DNA of 64,000 nt from NCBI RefSeq assembly GCF_018350175.1, contig NC_058368.1:4898001-4962000 (forward strand). The letters are read 5' to 3'. Under the pieces are notes generated by a model. That model had not been told where the DNA came from. It was given only the letters and a program-made list of their open reading frames with translations, and ran no database searches. The position numbers and the translations under genes are program-made. Source of the DNA: Felis catus. Lineage: Eukaryota. Positions 12,867 through 25,408 of this stretch are shown piece by piece (positions within the stretch are counted from its first letter, which is position 1; the number at the start of each line of letters is the position of its first letter).

Positions 12867-15043
12867 AATGGACAAAGAACTCAACCACACAAGACACGAG
12901 GTGCACACTAGCTGAAATCAAAAGAGCCTTTTGCCGTGCTCGTATTGCCAAATCAGGACTTTGGCGGATGAAGTTCATTTCCGTGCCCGTTGTCTTGCCG
13001 ATGCCCCAACTGACAGCCCCAGCTGCCTTCTGGAAAACCCGGCACCTCCATTCACACATGACACCGTTTCTCTCCTTTTCCTGAAGAGTCCGCAGCTCTC
13101 TGCTCCTGCTCCGCTCTTCTCCATCGCCGCAGGCTGACCTTCGTGCCCTTGTTACTGGCTCAGGCTTCGCAGTGTCTGGATCTCAATCCAGTGCAATCGG
13201 AGCGAGCCGAACGTCTGAGCCAGCTCAGCATGGGGGCTGTGACACCGGGCCTGCGTTCTATCGCCATCTCCATCAGCAAAACCCGTCATCGTCTCCATCG
13301 CCGCCTGCGTTCTCTGTCATAGAGGAGCTGTCAGCCCGCGGCCCCGCTTTGCCTCCACCTCCCCACGCACCGTGGAGCGGGTTTCTGGGAGCTGCTCGTT
13401 CTCCTTGATCAGCGTAGCTGCACGAAGCTCACCCCACTTCCTGCCATCTCCAAAGCAAGGCTGTGCACGGCCCCCCGCACCCCAGGGGGCATTTGTCCTT
13501 AAACCACCTGATGACGCTTCTTGGTCTCAATTACTTCTCAGGCAAGTTTTCCATTCTTGATTAAATGCGCCAGAGGAACTCCCCCAAACCCAAAACAAGT
13601 TTTAGGTCTGGGTTAATCCCTTTCAGGAAAGACTCTGTTCCTATAAATGCTGATGATCTCATTTCAGCAACATTTATTAGGTGCAACTTGTATGCCAAAC
13701 TAAGAAGGCCACAGGATAATGGGAATGTCTAGATATATATTTAGAAATCACAAAATAGATATTTTGCTATCCAAGTTATTCAGGGACACATTACTATAGC
13801 AGAAAGAGGCCCAAATTAGGGATTATTGGGGATTCTGATCCCCATTCTGCCAATCAAGGCTATGGGAACTTTCCATGCCTCTGCTTCTTCATCTGAAAAT
13901 ACAGGGGTTGGACCTGATTTCTTGCTAATGTTCCTTTACGTTTTACCATGCTGGGATTTTTCTTTTAATTGTTACCTTCTTATGTGATGTGGTTTAGCAA
14001 TTAGGAACTCCCAAGCTCCTATTTGACATCGGTGTTTGAGCTGTTAATAATGGAAACACTGATTCCCCTCAGATCAGCTTTGCAGATAATCTTGTGTTTT
14101 ATGGAGATGTCAAAGAAGGAAGCGCTTTGCCAGAACGTCTGCAGAAAGCTTCGTCTTTCTGCAAGGTCATGATGTTCTAGGTGCTCCTGTGGCCTCTTAT
14201 TTCACTCGGTAAGAATCTTATTTTTATTTATTAGCCAAAGGTGATGTGGTAAATTCCACAGTGGCTTATCCTCACTTCTGAGTTAGCATTTTTTTTTTTT
14301 TTTTTCAAATCTGTGCATCTTGTTTCCCGGGCAAATTCTCTAGGTAGAGTTTGAAAAAGCACTTTTAAGAAGAATACAAAGCAGGGGTGCCTCAGTGGCT
14401 CAGTTGGTTGAGCATCCAATTCTTGGTTTCGGCCCAGGTTATAATCTCACTGTTTGTGAGCTCAAGCCCCTAATCAGGCTCTGCCCTGGTAGCAGGGCCT
14501 GCTTGGGACTCTCTCTCTTCCTCTCTCTGCCCCTCCCTGCTCTGTCTCTCTCAAAATAAATAAATAAATGCACTAAAGAAAAAAAGGAAGTTTAAAAGGC
14601 AGTCCTCCAAGTGAATCCCAGACCCAGGGAAGGGGGTGTCTGCACTGACTCCCACAGTTCAGGGTCCCCAGCACTGCAGTGGGGGTGAGCCTGGCTCAAG
14701 AGCAGCAACTGGCCTGCGGGTGGGTCTGTGCCATGATGAGCCGCAACTTCTAGACCAGGTGTTGCCAACAGCTTGGGCGCATGCTTCCCCAGCAGCAGTT
14801 CAGCTTCCCAGGAAGGGTTCTCTGTTTCCCGGGCCAAACTCTGACACCCGAGAGCTTGCTCCAGACGGGCTCAGGCCTCAATCATCCTCTCCCTCTATTT
14901 CCCACGCGTTCCCCTATTTGGGGCAGGTTCTCCTGTCAGAACCACCCCCCCTCCCTGTGCAATGGAGACATTCATCCACCCCCAGGACCTTCTGAAGGCA
15001 CCTCCTTCTCTAGGTCAAGAAATAAAATCCACAGGCTTGACTT

Positions 15044-15647
15044 TGTGAGAAATAAACCCACTGCCCCAATCAAAGGAGGGACACAGAGACTCAGAGCACA
15101 GTGAAGCAAGGCTTTAATCAACGTTCTTGCAAGACCGGGTGTCTGATGAACAGACCCGCTCGGGCACTTGCAGCAGACAATGTATCTCCTAGTATGCAAG
15201 TCCCTCCCCCTAGTATGCTCAGCCTCATTGGCTGAGCACTACAGAGGCAAATCCCTCCCCTGATTCCTCATTGGCTGAGCACTACACAGGCAAATCCCTC
15301 CCCTGATTCCTCATTGGCTGAGCACTACAGGGGTTACAGCCTTACCCGGAAGTCACCTGTGCCCATGTAAGGCAAAAAGTAGTCTGATTGGAACAAATGT
15401 ACATTCCTTGAGGTGTGGCAGACACTTCAGTTCTTTGGCGCATGCTCATTGCAAAGCCCGCGAAAACTAAGCCCTCGAAATGAAGGGGCAGGGATTAGAA
15501 CCAGGAAGTGAAGTGTCTAAGCGTTTGGGACTCTGGTTGATGCATAGGTTGTAAGGTTGTAATAGGTTGTAAATCTATTGTAAATAGGTTAACTAGACAG
15601 CACAGCTTTTATTTGGTATTTGAAAATGAATCCTCTCACTTCTCACA
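15044..15647 (-). mobile_element. Solo LTR (boundaries approximate) with internal 43-bp tandem repeat
   Basis: TGTGAGAA...TTCTCACA inverted ends, minus-strand ATTAAA, CCAAT-containing repeats; no clean TSD. Confidence 0.6.
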
Positions 15648-16102
15648 ATTCCCACCTTTCACAAATAATTTCTAAATACTTGGGAGTTTTGGCACCAATA
15701 ATTCAACGCATGAGTAGGATTTGAAAAACCCATCAGCAAAACGCAACAAAGTACCTCGCAGGTCCTGTGGAAGGCTGTATCGTACTTCACCGATTCCTTT
15801 CTCTCTCTTCTTGTATTCATTATTTACTCAGCAGACATTTACCTGAGGCCTTCCTGGGTCTAAGGCACTGAGGTTTCAAAGACAGAGAAGAGTTGGTTAT
15901 GGTGGGAGGGACAGACATAAATACAGTAGACCACAACTGTTACTGGGCAGAAGTTGCAGCCATGGTCCCTGGGGACTGGATCCAGGTCTCCCCCCTGGCT
16001 CCCATTCTGTAATTCTGAAGGAGTTGTGGTTCTGCTTTACAGGGGAGAGAGCAGAGGCTCAAAAGGGTCACTCAATTCCTGCCTTCCAGGCAGAAGTGGT
16101 AA

Positions 16103-16493
16103 TGATGTGGAAATGTTAGGGTTTGCAGCCTACTCTTGAGATGCCTTCCGTGCAAAAAGGTAGTTTTATTAAAGCATGGGGACAGGACCCTTGGGCAGAA
16201 AGTGCTGCACTGGGATTGTGAGGGGTGACTGATTACATACTTGGGAACTGGGGGAAGTGAAGACGCGAAGTTTCCAAACGGACTTTCATATGCTAAAGAC
16301 TCACAGTATCCTGGAGGCCTAGCTATTGTCAGGCTAAGGTTGTTTTTCCCTCCAGCAAAGCATTGACTTTAAGACATTGGGAGTTCCCGGGGGAAGGTCC
16401 TACTCTGCCCGCCTCGAGTATTTGTCAGTGGGCTGTGGGTTATAAGGAAAGTTAATTCTATCTCTATTTCTTTTTGCCTCTGTTCCCACATCA
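16103..16493 (-). mobile_element. Solo LTR (related to the 12187 element)
   Basis: TGATGTGG...CCACATCA ends, GTAA TSD, minus-strand AATAAA; shares segments (antisense) with 12187-12866. Confidence 0.8.
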
Positions 16494-16581
16494 GTAACAT
16501 TAGCTTTGTCCTTTGGGCCACATCTAACACTGACGTCTCCTCTCTGAGATGCGGAAGTCTGCCCTGATCGTGGCATGCTGC

Positions 16582-17027
16582 TGTTAAAAAGAAATCCACA
16601 GGCTTTTCTTTTTCGAAAATGGGTGTTACTGAGACCAAGCTCCCAAACTAGGGCTTACCAGCTCAGCTGATGCAGTTTTTACCTCCCGCAGAGATGCGCT
16701 TTTAACCCCTCCGTCGGGAATTGTTTAGTCGAGGCTGGTGAGCCTGGTTCTGGGGCCTTCCCCATCCCCTGAAGGAAGGTGAGGTGACTGACTTGGTAAA
16801 ACCCCCACCTTTCCCCCTAAGGGAAAGGGGCTTGGCCTGGAACAATCCCTTTCTTTTGCTAATCACGTTCTTGCCACACCCTCCTTCTAAAAACCCTCCA
16901 GATTTTACAATTCCTCTGAGTTCCCCTCTCCTTGCCAGGTGGGATGCTGCCTGATTCTCGAATTCATTAATAAAGACAATTAGATCTTTAAAACGTCCTC
17001 AGTTGGGTTTTTGTTCGTTATTTAACA
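16582..17027 (+). mobile_element. Solo LTR
   Basis: TGTTAAA...TTTAACA ends, CTGC TSD, AATAAA near 16969. Confidence 0.8.
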
Positions 17028-20000
17028 CTGCTGAAGACCACAAGCCTGCTGGATCCCTTCCCCCCGTCGAAGGGTCAGAGAAGACAGAGGAACGCCGTGT
17101 ATGGGGGCTGGAACTCAGGGTCCCATGGCTCCTGCACCCTGCGCCAGTAACACCCCTTGGGCAATGGGTTGCTCAGAGAATCTGCCCCTTTCTTACATTA
17201 TTCAAAAAGTAAAACCAAGGGAAACCCCTGAAGCTCTTCTAATAAATTCACCCAGACTTTCATTCCGTGAACACTCATTCATTGGACACGGGCCTTGGGA
17301 ATACAGAGATTGATAAACTTGTCCACCATCAGCTGGAAGCCAACACAGACCACCTCTCAGTGCAGCGAGGAGACTGAGGAAGCTTGGCCAGCCCACACTC
17401 TTGTTCTGAGCCCAAAGGCAAGAGCCTGCTCCACTCACCAAGTCCTTCCAGGGCACCTGTGGGGGGGACCAGAGTCCTCCAGCGGCACTCCACTCTGCCA
17501 TGCCCTATGTCTCTCCAAGCCTTGGTCCCAGCATTCCTGGCAGATGAAGGAGACAGTCCCTTGAACTCGGCATCGTCACCATCAAGCTAACACTCGGAGG
17601 ACGTGATTGGAAGGGGGCTGGCGAGAGGGAGGCCCCCGGAGGTCCCGGCCATCTGAACGCGTCACAACACCCGGTGCAAACCAAGAATATCATCTCGGGG
17701 AAGATCAAGAAGACGAGCAGGAGGGGGAAGGGGACGTGTGCTCCCTGGGTCCTAGGGCTCCTCTTCTCCATTCCATGAGCTGAAGACATGGAGGTGACGG
17801 CTGGGAGAGGGCGGGCAAGACAATGAAGGGGCAGCGAGAGCAGCAGGGCCAGAGAGCCTTACCTGGATGGTTCCACACCGTGATGGGGGGCTGCCGAGCT
17901 CTCTGCCTTCCTGGAGTTCGAGCGATGCCTGTTTCATCTTCATGGAAGGGACTCTGATCGAAACACAGGTGTTGGGGTGCCCGGGTGGCTCAGTCGGTTG
18001 AGCGTCCGACTTCGGCTCAGGTCGTGATCTTGCAGTTTGGGAGTTGGAGCCCCGCACTGGGATCCTGCTTCGGATCCTGTGTCTCCCTCTCTCTCTGTCC
18101 CTCCCCCACTCGTGCTCTGTGTCTCTCTCAAAAATAAATACACATTTAAAAATTAAAACAAAACAAAATCCCACGGGGGTTGAAGGATGAATAGGAGCTC
18201 ATCAGAAGAGAAATAACAGGAAAGGCATTCCAGATACTGGAACAGCACATACAGAGGCATGAGCTGGTTCATAGCGTATAGAATGGTGAGAAGTTAGATA
18301 TAAAAGAGCATAAGATATGGGATGGGGACAGGAGGAAGGCGATATGGAAGGGTCTAAGTTTTCAGTGAGAAGCCAGAATTTATTTTTAGGAAAATCAATG
18401 TTCAAATGAACCCAAGAGGAGAGATTCTGGAGGCAGCCAATTGAGTTCATGGCTTCTGACCTGCTGAGAGGTGGTCTGGTAATGACACAGGATAAGAAGT
18501 CCGGTCAGTTTGGGGAACAAATCTGAGATACACTTGACACAGCTCGGAACAAGTTGAATAAGGAAGGTGAAGGGCGAAGGAGATGAGGGGTGTTTTTAGG
18601 AAGAAGGAAATGAGCTCCATTTTTAACATGTTCGATTTGAAACACCTAACGATGTCCCTCAGGAAGAGGAAATACGGGAATGTGACTGCAGCTCAATTTA
18701 GAATAAAAATAAAGCTTGAGGTATTGATTTTGGAGTTGCCGGGGTATACGGTGACAGTCGTAACTGTTTGAAGTAGGTCAGACGGCTCAGAAGGAGCATA
18801 TAAAGTAAGGAGAGAAAAGGACACTTTCCCAGGTAATAAATGAGAAGAGAGAGGTCAGTAAGGGGATGACAGTCCCCAGGTTGAGGAAGAGAATCAAGAA
18901 AAAAGGGGCCATGGAACTCTCAACCCAGCAGATAATAACACAGGGCGGGAGAGCTGTGCAGCCTTAGAGGGGGACCGCAGGGCTCCAGGGCCAGCTCCTC
19001 AAGGCATGGGAGGGCAGGCTGCAGGGTGCAGGGTGCAGGCACAGACACACACACACACACACACACCCCCAAACAGACACACACATAGACAGACACACAG
19101 CATCCAGCCACACGGCAAGGCCTCCCTGGACACTCCGAGGGGAGAGGTTCTATCCCACCCAGCCCAGTTTATCACAGCAGCAGATTGTGGCCCTTCACGA
19201 CCTAAAACCAAAATACTCTGCACGGAGCTGGTGCCCCACACGTTGGAAAGGTTGGAAGACACCTACCAGGCCGGTGTTGACAACAGGGAGGCGGACGGCA
19301 GGGGTCTTCATTCCCCTGGGTAGCACAGCTTTCCTTTCCCTACATGCAAATCTTCATTTTATCCACTCTGCAAGGCCCGTTCTTAAAATCTTTCTCTGAT
19401 CCCTCCAGCTTGATGGGATCTTTCCCCCCAAATCCCCAATCCCCTCAAATATTTATTGTCCTAATTTTCCTCTGACTCTCAGTGCTTGCTGATCAGGCTC
19501 TATCCCCCTCTATTATTACTAATACTTTATGTACTACTGTAATCCTCCAACTAGAATATATGCCCCTCCCACATTATATCTGCCACGTGCACACGTATAA
19601 ACTCAGTCGTGTGTCTAAATCGATGACTTTCCCGGGCATTTGGACATTCAGGAGCCTCTAGAAGTTTCCAGACTGAAGAGGGGGCCGGCGGCCTTTGAGA
19701 ATCAGGTCACTCACACCCAGCGTATTTCTGAAGCCTCTTCCCTCTCAGGGGGGCTTCAGGCCAAGAGTGACAGAAGCCCAGAGCAGTATGAGGATATCCG
19801 GGGCTCGGAAACTAGAATAGAGCACTTGCCTCGATTATGAGGGCATGACTGACTCAGCCATTCGCCATTCTTCACGGATTACGATCTTATTAGTACTCAA
19901 ACGTCCTGAGTGTGGCAGCAAAATTGGGAGACCACGTCACTTTTTAGTTTGATTCCCAGTAAAAGAAGGCACAGACAGAAAGGGAAGAGGGGGGACCGGC

Positions 20001-21152
20001 CATGAAGACCGTTCTCAGACCACCACACACGCCACACTCTACGACAGTGGTCCAAACCGTGGTTGTCATCTTGGCCTGAATCCTCACACTTGTATATATA
20101 TAAGTTATATATATATTTTTTACAAGGGTTCCTGCTGTGTGTGTTCTGCACACAGGAAGGGGGCTCGGTGCTGCCACAATTCTGCTGCCTTGGTAACAGC
20201 TCACAGTGTAGGGGCACAAGTCTTGCCCAGCTAAATTCCTTGTTTAACTATCTCCGTTAAAGCAGATACACGTTTAGGGTTCTTGCAAATAGCCCAGGGA
20301 GGCAAACTTGTGTTTCCTCTTAGCTCTGCAAAATTTTCAGTGGAAAGGATCAGAAATTCAATTAAATACAGGTAATTCAATTCAGACAGAGAGAATCAGG
20401 CTGATGGCACATCAGGACACTACCTTTATTATAGACAAAGCCACTCCTGGAGAATGTGGCTTCTGTCTGTGGGAGAGTGGGCTTCCTTACGCCTGACCCC
20501 CAATGGGGCAGCTGGCCCACCGGGTCCACGCCCCGGGCGGACGCTGGTAAACTTGCGGCACAAGGAACCGTGTGGAATGTGTTCTCCCACCAAGGAGCCG
20601 GGGCGTCGAGGGGAGGAGGAGAGGACTGGGCTGCGCCTTCCCACGCCCCCCATCAGGACACAAGGGCTGTTGAAGCTTGGACGAAGGTACCCTCCTGCAC
20701 GTGGAGACTGAGAACATGGAATGTGCAGGTTTGCTAAATGAGACAAGAGTTTCACCTACCGGCATACAGCTTCCCTTCTGTGTTCCACCAGCCCCTTTTG
20801 CTTTGGGGTAAAAGATGCACGGAGGGTCAGGTTCTAAGACACCAAATGACCAAGACTGCAGGGCTGCTCTGAACGAACAGTGGGTTGCTTTTAAGAGATA
20901 CGCAGCTTGTACTCATATGCCTTCCCCGAAATCGTCTGCATCCTGCTCCCTAAAAAGAAAGACAGGATTTGAGTGGTGGTGAGCATCCCAGAAACGCCAG
21001 CATGGGATGGGTGACGATGGGCCCCGGGACTTAGTGAGAGACAGAGGGGCTGAGAGGGAAAGCCGCTGGACCAGAGCAGCTGGGTTCTGACGCTGGCTGC
21101 GTGTGTGCATGTGTGTGCGTGTGTACGTGTGAAGTCCCTTAACCTCTGGAGC

Positions 21153-21320
21153 CACTGCTTCTCAAACTTGAGGGCACTTGTCACCTGGAGAACTTGTTAA
21201 AAATGCCAAGTGCTGAGTTCTACCACAGCGATTCTGACAAAGATCAGGGACCCAATTTTTAACCAAGTGCTCCCCGCGTGAGTCTGACGCGGGTGACCCG
21301 TGGACCAGCGTTGCAGAAGC
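21153..21320. mobile_element. MER5-like DNA transposon fossil
   Basis: CACTGCTTCTCAAACTT..CACCTGGAGAACTTGTTAAAAATGC pattern. Confidence 0.55.
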
Positions 21321-23236
21321 TGCATTTGGCCTCGCGTGGGGTAGCTCAGGGTGACGCCTTCCTGTGTCCCTGCCAGGGCCTCAGTGGGGATGAAGAGACA
21401 CCACTGACGTAAGCCCATGTAGTCAATTTAAAGTCCTGTACAACTGCAGCATCATTCTGTGAATAAAGCCTCTGTTGTTCCCCAGAAAACCTTTTGTGGC
21501 CCCCACTAACATGGTCTAGATTCTTCCCTAGGCATACAGAGTATGTGGCCACAGAGTCTTTTGTGATTTCTAAGTCGCACTCTGTATTCTAATGTCTGTT
21601 ACCTTCTTGATGTGTTTTTCTCCCTCTGTTTTCCCCAAAGTCTTCGCATGTTGGGTCTCACGTGCTATTTGTCAGCCACATCTCGAGTCACTTGCGTTTC
21701 TCTACAGCAGATTCTTTTTGAGCTCCCGCTCTGTCAGCCTCCTGGAGAAACCCGTCACTCAGAGACGGAGCGGGCAGTAGAGAGGTTTGCAATGGATTCG
21801 GGCCACCCCAGCCCTACGGAGTCCCCACTGGGACGTCTCCCGGGCCAGAGGACTTGTCCTACCTCGGTCGGTGGTGCTTTTGCTCCTGGCCCCCAGGGCC
21901 TCTGCACTCACTGCCCTTGAACTGTCTCTGGCCCTGGGTTGAGCTGACACGGTCCAGGGCCAGCCTCTCAACACGGGGCATGGGGTCACACCTTCAGTCT
22001 TTGCCGGTCCCCAGAGGAACGGGCTGGCAGGCAGAACATACCGGACCTCAATTCTGCGCTTCCCAAACTCCTCAACGGAAGACACACACATTGTCCGTGT
22101 TTAAGAGAATTCTCATCTCTTCCTCTTGTTCTGCCGTGAATCTACTATATTGCCTCCTCCCACGTGTCAGCCAGCTAACAGACTGAAATAAATGTTTGCC
22201 GAATGGACAAATCGGTGAATAAATGAACGGAACTGACAGGAGAGAGCCACTGATGTGATATCTAATCCCCGAGCTGTGTGGGGTCAGGGTGGGGATAGAG
22301 GCCACCATAAAAGTCCCCCGAGAGTGGCCTCGATCCTAGTGCAAAAGTAAATGCCACCGGGGGCTAATTACATCTGAGCCTTGGAGACTGTGTAACATTA
22401 CCACGCTTTAAGTTATTGTCATTTTCCCATTTTAAAAATACATATTCACAGATTCCTTTTTCTGTTAATAACACCCTTTTCTGTTACTTTGTGGCTGGGA
22501 TGTATTCAAGCCAACTTAACAGAGAAACCTGGCAGTTCCATTTTCCTGCGTTTGGGGGACGTTTGAGCCAAAAGAATTGTGACATCCTCATAAATACATA
22601 AGATATCTGTGGCTCGGGCGTCTTGGAACAGAAGTGTGGTGTGGGAGGTGGCCAAATTGCTCATGCAAGGTGGAAAGGCACTCACATCCTCCTCACGTTT
22701 GTCGAGGATTGACTCTGCACGGGGGATCTAACAGAGCGAGGGTGGTAGAAGTTCCAGCGAACAAGACGTCCTCGCCTTCATGAGATCATTGTCTCGAAAG
22801 AAAGGCAGACGGATCCACAGGCACATAGAATACCCTGTAACACCAGGTTCTGTTTTGTTGTGTTTAATCCGGGGGGAAAAAATGATTCTCCTCCCAGTGT
22901 CGTGAGACTCGAGGATGATTTTGAAAACTCTATTCATACTCGACACCTACTAGAACACTCCCACGGGAGGAGGTTCGTTCCTGAGTCACAGAAAACACGA
23001 AGAGGCAGATGGAACTAATAACAAAAGCTGGAAGATTCTATGGGTGCAGGGTCCGTCTTCCACAGCTGCCATGCAAGACAGCTGTGACATGGGAAGGCAG
23101 GGTATCTTCATATGGGCCAGACCTCAGGGCTAAAGGAGACTTCAAGTTTAAAAAGCAAGATTTGATATAAAGTTGGTTTGGAAGACGCTGTTGAAGCAAC
23201 ATACTGTTTAGCTCCGTCACTTCTCAAAGTGTTGCC

Positions 23237-24325
23237 TGGGGTGCCTGGATGGCTCAGTCGGTTAAGCGTCCAACTCTTGATTTCAGCTCAGGTCATGATC
23301 TCACGGTCATGGGATGGAGCCCTGAGTTGGGCTTTGTGCTGATACTGCAGAGCCTGCTTGGGATTCTCTTTCTCTCTCTGCTCCTCTCTCTCTCTCTCTC
23401 TCTCTCTCTCAAAAATAAATAAACTAAAAAAAAAAAAGGATGTGCAGAATCTCAGGTCCTATTCTAGATGCACAGAATAAGAATATGCATTTTTTTAATG
23501 TTTATTTATTTTTGAGAGAAAGAGAGAGAGAGAGAGACAGAGCACGAATTGAGGAGGGGCAGAGAGAGAGGGAGACACAGAATCCGAAGCAGGCTCCAGG
23601 CCCTGAGCTGTCAGCACAGAGCCCAATGCGGGGCTCGAACCCACAAACTGCGAGATCCTGACCCGAGCAGAAGTCGGAAGCTTAACCCACTGAGCTACCC
23701 AGGCGCCCCAGAATGTACATTTGTAGCAACATCTCCAGGTGATTCACGTGCTCGTAACAGCTTCTGCAGTGCTGGTCTAGATCCGAAAAGATAGAGCCCA
23801 AGATAGATTTGGAAAGTCTAGGTCTGGAAAGAAGCTATAATCTAGGACACAGCTGGAAAGAAGATAGAGGGTAGAGACAAGGGCTGGAGGAGACAGAACA
23901 TGTAAAGATTGCTATAAAGGACAGTCTGGAGGGTGAAGCCATCTCTTGTCTAGGAAACCTCTTCACTGCATTTTCTGAGACCCTGACAGTCTGAAATCAT
24001 CTGCCTTAACTGTAATAATAGCTATAACACTTATTAGTACCAGACACACTTCCAGGCAGTTTACGTGCAGCAACTAACTTCATCCCCACAACCCACAGAG
24101 TGGTGACTAATATTCTCCCATTGCACAGGTGAGAAAACTGAGGCATTGAGAGGAAGTGCCTCTCCCAAGCCCATACATCTAGCAAGCCCCAGAAATAGGC
24201 TTTATTATTTTTTTAAGTTTATTTCTTTACTTTGAGAGAGAGAGAGAGAGGGAGGGAGAGGGAGAGAGAGGTTGTGCTTGAATGTATGCGCAAGCAGGGG
24301 AGAGCAGAGAGAGGGGGGCGGGGGG

Positions 24326-24367
<42 letters not shown>

Positions 24368-25372
24368 ATCCCAAGCAGGCTCTGCACTGCCTTCATGGAG
24401 CCCGAGGGGGGGTTCAACTCACCAACTGCAAGATCATGACCTGGGCCGAAATCAGGAGTGGGAGGCTTAACCACTGAGCTGCCCGGGAGCCCCAGAACCA
24501 GGCTGTAAACCCAGGCGGTGCCACCCCTGCCTCTGTAGCTTTTTATGGCCTTGCTCTTATGCCTCGTAGGATCTTAAGCTGCTTCTATCAGCTTCTTGTT
24601 CTTACTGTTTCCCTTGGAGGGTTTTGTCTGTTTGTTTAAGATAACCATCCTGGGGTGCCCGGGTGTCTCAGTCGGTTTAGGACCAACCCTCGATATGACT
24701 CAGGTCATGATCTCACCCTTGTGAGATACAGCTCAGCCTCGGGCTCTGTGCTGACAGTGCAGAGCCTGCTGGGGACTCTCCCTTTCTCTCTGCCCCTCCC
24801 CTGCATGCATGTACTCTCTCTCTCTCTCTCTCTAAATAAATACATAAACTTTTTGAAAAAGAAAAAAAGGAGGCGCCTGGGTGGCTAAGTCAGTTAAGTG
24901 TCCGACTTCGGTTCAGATCATGATCTGAGGGTTTGTGAGTTCGAGCCCCAGGTCGGGCTCTGTGCTGACAGCTTGGAGCCTGAAGCCTGCTTCGGATTCT
25001 GTGTCTCCCTCTCTCTCTCTCTGCTCCTCCCCCATTCACACTCTGTCTCTCAAAAATAAATACAGGTAAAAAAATAAAAATAAATTTTTAAAGCTCACTA
25101 CCTAGAGATAAACTTTGCTAACATTCATTAATGGTTTTTTTGGGGGGGAAGGGGGGTTGCCTGGGTGGCTCAGTCGGTTGAGCATCCAACTTCGGCTCAG
25201 GTTATGATCTCACGGTTCATGGGTTCAAGCCCCGCGTCAGGTTCTGTGCTGACAGCTCGGAGCCTGGAGCCTGGAGCCTGCTTCAGATTCTGTGTCTCCT
25301 TCTCTCTCTGCCCCTCCCCCACTTGGGCTCTGTCTCTGTCTCTCTCAAAAATAAATAAAATGTAAAAAAAAA

Positions 25373-25408
<36 letters not shown>

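Noticed and set aside
15223..15330. CRISPR-like array
   Set aside because: No unique spacers; it is a plain tandem repeat in mammalian DNA.
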